A stretch of DNA of 38,828 bases, from positions 1 to 38,828 of the IMG/VR virus record IMGVR_UViG_3300037515_000431. One strand, written 5' to 3'. The stretch comes from a virus. Its lineage: Duplodnaviria; Caudoviricetes. Shown here in pieces: positions 37,636 to 38,828 of this stretch. The position numbers and the translations under genes were made by a program. Under the pieces are notes generated by a model. It made no database searches. It saw only the letters and a list, made by a program, of their open reading frames with translations, and was not told the origin of the DNA. Within the stretch, counting starts at the first letter, position 1. Each line of letters opens with the position of its first letter.

Positions 37636-37997
37636 TGCCCTGCCCCGCGTTGCCTTGCCATGTCTTGCCTCGCCAAGCCATGCCTGCCTCGCCTCGCCAA
37701 GCCATGCCTGCCTCGCCTTGCCAAGCCTTGCCTCGCGCTGCCGTGCCACACCCCGCCTTGCCAAGCCTGCCAAGCCATGCCTAACCCTGCCCCGCCTAGC
37801 CTCGCCTTGCCCCGCCTGCCAAGCCCTGCCTAGCCGTGCCATGCCTAGCCTGCCATGCCTGGCCATGCCTGGCCATGCCAAACCCCGCCTAGCCTTGCCT
37901 GCCTCGCCTTGCCTTGCCTTGCCATGTCTTGCCTAGCCATGCCATGCCTGCCTCGCCTTGCCAAGCCTTGCCCTGCCTAGCCCGGCCTCGCCATGCC
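37636..37997 (-). ncRNA. (GGC-NN)n pentamer array in 8 units delimited by GGCA; candidate guide-RNA array
   Basis: 66 pentamers + 8 GGCA tetramers = 362 nt; 67 of 74 fixed triplets are GGC (3 GGT, 2 GAC, 2 CGC). The repeat is seen directly; RNA function is inferred. Confidence 0.8.
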
Positions 37998-38004
37998 TAT
38001 CTTC

Positions 38005-38673
38005 TTAATCAACTTTGGCAGTAGTAACCCCAACTGATCTGTCCACTTCAAACCTGCCAAAATCACCACCCTTCTCCGGCCTCATCTCCCCTATCCCAAC
38101 ACCAAAACCAGCACGGTCAATCAAATTTAAAATATCACCAATCTGTACAAGCTCCTCATCCAACTCAAACTCAAATTCACACGACCACCTGGCAAACTCA
38201 GGCCTATACCGCAAATCAGCAGAACCAGCCCCAACCCGAACCATATCCTCCCGCAATACAGGCTCAGGTGCCTCAATCGGAATAACCCCATGCAAATCAT
38301 CACAAATAATAAAAAAAGCCTTACGCAATAACGTCTTCTCAAATCCAATATCTTTATGAGCCGCAGAAATAATTGCCGACTTTAACGCCATGGCCGATAT
38401 ACCAACATGCCCACCAGACGTGTAATAAGTAGCCGCCTTTACTTCCGCTTCAGGATTACGCAACTCACGCTCCTTTGTCTTCTTCCCCTGCTGCTGCTTC
38501 TCCCTCATCTCCCTTTTTGCCTTCTCAGACCACTTGTGAAAAACAGCCCTCGATATAGACCGTATCGTAACCCTGTACCGACCCTTCCTGATCGTCTTTA
38601 AACGCACCGTTTTATATTCACCAACCGCTACGTCTTCAGCAGCACTTTCACTAACTTTATCTTTGCCTTTCAT
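38005..38673 (-). CDS. Solo RAMP/Cas7-like protein
   Basis: YRVTIRSIS..VFH first strand; GISAMALKSAIISAA helix (cf. RAMP IP.SSLKG.LR); C-terminal Gly-rich loop AGFGVGIGEMRPEKGGDFGRFEV. Confidence 0.8.
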   Translation of the reverse strand: MKGKDKVSESAAEDVAVGEYKTVRLKTIRKGRYRVTIRSISRAVFHKWSEKAKREMREKQQQGKKTKERELRNPEAEVKAATYYTSGGHVGISAMALKSAIISAAHKDIGFEKTLLRKAFFIICDDLHGVIPIEAPEPVLREDMVRVGAGSADLRYRPEFARWSCEFEFELDEELVQIGDILNLIDRAGFGVGIGEMRPEKGGDFGRFEVDRSVGVTTAKVD

Positions 38674-38728
38674 AAAAAACCCCTGGTTATTAAAAAAATA
38701 TCACTCACTCGACCTATCCTAAATAAGC

Positions 38729-38745
38729 AATATAATCATTATATA
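38729..38745. promoter_or_regulatory. Candidate operator upstream of the RAMP-like gene
   Basis: AATATA-ATCAT-TATATA. Confidence 0.55.
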
Positions 38746-38828
38746 GTACAAATACTCCATATAAACAATAACCACAATTACACATATACCAACAAGGGGA
38801 ATGGGAAGGGGGGGATTGGATAGGAGGG

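Larger units (their letters stand above)
1..38828. mobile_element. Temperate podovirus-like phage genome, probably complete and circularly permuted
   Basis: Contains terminase, portal, capsid, tail tube, lysis, integration, repressor and replication modules and no host housekeeping genes. terS (left end) and terL (right end) are co-oriented across the window junction. Confidence 0.93.

Noticed and set aside
37612-37936. ORFs 37612-37833, 37630-37881 and 37655-37936 over the pentamer array
   Set aside because: Low-complexity translations of a 5-nt periodic repeat. The 5/4-nt grammar ignores codon phase, so they are open mainly because GGC-NN rarely creates stops.
37636-37997. Classical CRISPR array or simple microsatellite
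   Set aside because: There are no 25-40-nt repeats with unique spacers, and the variable NN with regular GGCA punctuation is unlike a homogeneous microsatellite.
18191-38601. Numerous plus-strand ORFs inside the late region
   Set aside because: Antisense shadows of long, well-supported minus-strand genes, with no recognisable motifs.

Overview
The window looks like a complete or nearly complete ~38.8 kb temperate podovirus genome (T7/BPP-1-like virion module, probably with a gammaproteobacterial host), linearised at a G-rich tract between terS and a RAMP-like gene. The early half carries ArdC and Lar-like anti-restriction genes, a RuvC-like resolvase, O/P-like replication genes, a cro/cI-like switch, SSB-like and PD-(D/E)XK genes, xis/int, many small accessory ORFs, csrA, an AP2-domain gene, a candidate attP and tRNA-Val(GAC). 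The late half (minus strand) carries terL, portal, scaffold, holin-like genes, capsid, tail tube and fibre genes, three internal virion proteins and a lysozyme. The strongest signal is at 37589-38745: a solo Cas7/RAMP-like gene followed by a 362-nt non-coding array of GGC-NN pentamers, punctuated by GGCA into 8 units (five are exactly 49 nt) and closed by a terminator. This is a candidate RNA-guided system with a discontinuous dinucleotide code and no classical CRISPR array. Other signals are a 17-bp TATATA-N5-TATATA operator found about 14 times, an attP core matching the host tRNA-Val anticodon arm next to a full recoded replacement tRNA, a CsrA-site hairpin, and a structured minus-strand region antisense to ardC. 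All protein calls come from motif recognition by eye; no database searches were run.
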